This document shows positions 25,266 through 26,679 of a stretch of DNA of 26,679 bases, piece by piece; positions within the stretch are counted from its first letter, which is position 1, and the number at the start of each line of letters is the position of its first letter. The stretch covers positions 1-26,679 of IMG/VR virus record IMGVR_UViG_3300028610_001401; one strand, written 5' to 3'. The translations under genes and the position numbers were made by a program. Origin of the DNA: a virus. Taxonomy: Duplodnaviria > Caudoviricetes. The notes under the pieces are model-generated. The model saw only the letters and a list, made by a program, of their open reading frames with translations, did not search any database and had not been told where the DNA came from.

Positions 25266-26015
25266 TCATTTTGCAGCGGCTGCCGCCACGTTCGGCTGTG
25301 CAGGAAATTTCGCAGCCAGGCCGCTAGAGATGGCCGAGACGAACGAAGGCCAATCGAACGGCAATACCGGCGGAAGGTTATAACGGTTTTTCGCAAGTGC
25401 CTGTTGCGTCTCGGCAGTAACAAGCACACGGCCGCCTCTGGCGTCATATCTGGCGTGACACAGAAAATCGGCCCACTCGACAAAAATGTTTCGGTAGTCG
25501 TCCGGCAGATCGGCAGTCGTCTTTTCAATGGTAATGCCGTCTGAATTTGTGATGTCCGTTCGCTTCTCGTGGGCAAGTAGAAGCACGGAAATCCCCCTGC
25601 CCACGATGCGGTCCAGTGTAGGCAGTAGCTTCTGGTAGGTGTAGTTTTTTAGCACCTGCTTGCCGTTGCCGTATCCGCCATGGGATCTATTGAGGGTTTG
25701 GTCGACCCCGCCTTTCACGCCTGTTACATGCTCCTCAAGACGCCGTAACAGCCAATCGACGGAATCGACTACAACAACGCTATAGCCATGTTGCTCTCGT
25801 TCAAGAGCGAGGAGCCATTGTTCAATCTCGGCCCATGTAGCGAGATACGGAGTCCGCGAACATTGGACTGCACCAGCCCCATTCTCGCAGTCAACAATGA
25901 TCGAACCATCGGCCGACGCACCAAATGTTGTCTTCCCGATACCAGGCGGGCCGTAGACAATACCTTTCGGTGCCGACGGATGTGGACTATTCAAAATGCC
26001 ATCTAGTACGCTCAT
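25266..26015 (-). CDS. AAA_24 / Sak4-like P-loop ATPase (recombination)
   Basis: IVYGPPGIGKTT, DCENG, VVVDSVDW, GGYGNG, LLAH, AKNRY. Start reassigned to MSVLDG (26015). Confidence 0.88.
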   Translation of the reverse strand: MSVLDGILNSPHPSAPKGIVYGPPGIGKTTFGASADGSIIVDCENGAGAVQCSRTPYLATWAEIEQWLLALEREQHGYSVVVVDSVDWLLRRLEEHVTGVKGGVDQTLNRSHGGYGNGKQVLKNYTYQKLLPTLDRIVGRGISVLLLAHEKRTDITNSDGITIEKTTADLPDDYRNIFVEWADFLCHARYDARGGRVLVTAETQQALAKNRYNLPPVLPFDWPSFVSAISSGLAAKFPAQPNVAAAAAK

Positions 26016-26016
26016 G

Positions 26017-26205
26017 TCAGTTCTCTCTTGAAAGGGTGATTTCGTGCGAAATGCGACGGCCGTGCAGAATATCAAGCATCTGATGAATCGATTGTTCTGG
26101 TACCAATATCGGGGGCTGCTTAAGCTCCTTGAGTAGCTCGGAAGCATTCATCATTAAGCCTTTGAGAATTATCGCTTGGTCGCCTGATACAATGGCGGTG
26201 AGCAT
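26017..26205 (-). CDS. Small hypothetical protein (start uncertain; could be 26154)
   Basis: Fills the gap between neighbours in the same orientation. Confidence 0.4.
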   Translation of the reverse strand: MLTAIVSGDQAIILKGLMMNASELLKELKQPPILVPEQSIHQMLDILHGRRISHEITLSREN

Positions 26206-26209
26206 GCGG

Positions 26210-26374
26210 TTACCTGATCGAAATGGTGACTTCAGCCGTGTCTACGTAGTCTCCACGCATGTCCTCTACGATATCGTCCAATGCAACAGCCATGCAGTGG
26301 GCATCGATTCCGTGACCCACCGCCCCGATCGCATGTTCGTCTCCCTTATAGGAAATGTAAATTGTTCGGCTCAT
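26210..26374 (-). CDS. Small hypothetical protein (54 aa)
   Basis: MSRTIYISYKGDEHAIG...; ATG 26374 follows a purine-rich AAGAGAAAAACC leader. Confidence 0.5.
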   Translation of the reverse strand: MSRTIYISYKGDEHAIGAVGHGIDAHCMAVALDDIVEDMRGDYVDTAEVTISIR

Positions 26375-26408
26375 GGTTTTTCTCTTGAGAAACGTAGTTG
26401 ATTTCTGT

Positions 26409-26437
26409 AGTTTAATCGGGATGCAGACAAAACACAA
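26409..26437 (-). promoter_or_regulatory. Possible sigma70-like promoter TTGTGT-N17-TAAACT
   Basis: Lies in the AT-rich intergenic gap upstream of the replication/recombination operon. Partial consensus match with 17-nt spacing. Confidence 0.3.
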
Positions 26438-26452
26438 GAATATTCCATAGAT

Positions 26453-26679
26453 TTATTCGGAATTACCCTGGATAATCCGGCGTATGGTGCGTGCCGACCA
26501 GGGCTTGCCGCGGAATGGGCCAAGAAATTCATCCAGATAAACTGCTATCTGAATTGACGTCAAACCACAATTATGGAAGGTTTCCACAAGATCCATTGCC
26601 GCCTGTTCCCCGCCGTCCTCCACGAGTACCTTAGTGTTCGGATCGACCCGATAGCCAACTGGTGCCCGTCCAAGGTGCT
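26453..26679 (-). CDS. Serine recombinase/resolvase, C-terminal recombinase (DNA-binding) domain; 5' end outside the window
   Basis: Not in the ORF track. Translates as HLGRAPVGYRVDPNTKVLVEDGGEQAAMDLVETFHNCGLTSIQIAVYLDEFLGPFRGKPWSARTIRRIIQGNSE*, matching G..P.GY...LV.D..E...G.S...IA..L......G..W...TI.RI. Confidence 0.8.
   Translation of the reverse strand, partial: HLGRAPVGYRVDPNTKVLVEDGGEQAAMDLVETFHNCGLTSIQIAVYLDEFLGPFRGKPWSARTIRRIIQGNSE

Noticed and set aside
25036-25269. 77-aa track ORF
   Set aside because: The alternative frame 25046-25210 has a clear RBS and more protein-like composition. The 77-aa ORF does have an ATGA overlap, so it is not fully excluded.
1-26679. Stop-codon reassignment (alternative genetic code)
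   Set aside because: Genes are intact and densely coupled under the standard bacterial code, and TAA, TAG and TGA all act as stops.

Overview
This window is a 26.7-kb fragment of a tailed dsDNA phage or prophage, with two convergent, tightly packed gene blocks. The + strand block (1-11547) holds the end of the virion module: a tail fibre with an internal duplication, a second putative tail/adhesion protein, a small GLGD...CGC protein and three consecutive ejection-protein-like genes (podovirus-like layout). It ends in an unusual envelope-directed cassette at the usual lysis position. That cassette encodes a permuted NlpC/P60 enzyme, an unannotated 24-aa cationic amphipathic peptide, a membrane-tethered trypsin-like protease, two single-TM proteins, a thioredoxin-fold lipoprotein and a holin-like protein, with no recognisable canonical endolysin or spanin. 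The - strand block (11626-26679) is the early/replication region: serine recombinase C-terminus, AAA_24 ATPase, DUF669, a degenerate tRNA-like element, Cas4-like PD-(D/E)XK nuclease, HhH protein, SF2 helicase, Prim-Pol/DUF3987 fusion, RusA and HTH proteins. It also carries a nucleotide-hydrolase cluster (calcineurin-like phosphoesterase, DUF5664-like dNTP diphosphohydrolase, HAD 5'(3')-deoxynucleotidase), a HExxH minipeptidase and tandem Zn-ribbon paralogs. The best candidate for a novel system is a protease + thiol-reductase + lytic-peptide lysis cassette, possibly for a host with a proteinaceous, disulfide-rich envelope such as Planctomycetota (inference). All family assignments come from recognising motifs by eye, not from database searches.
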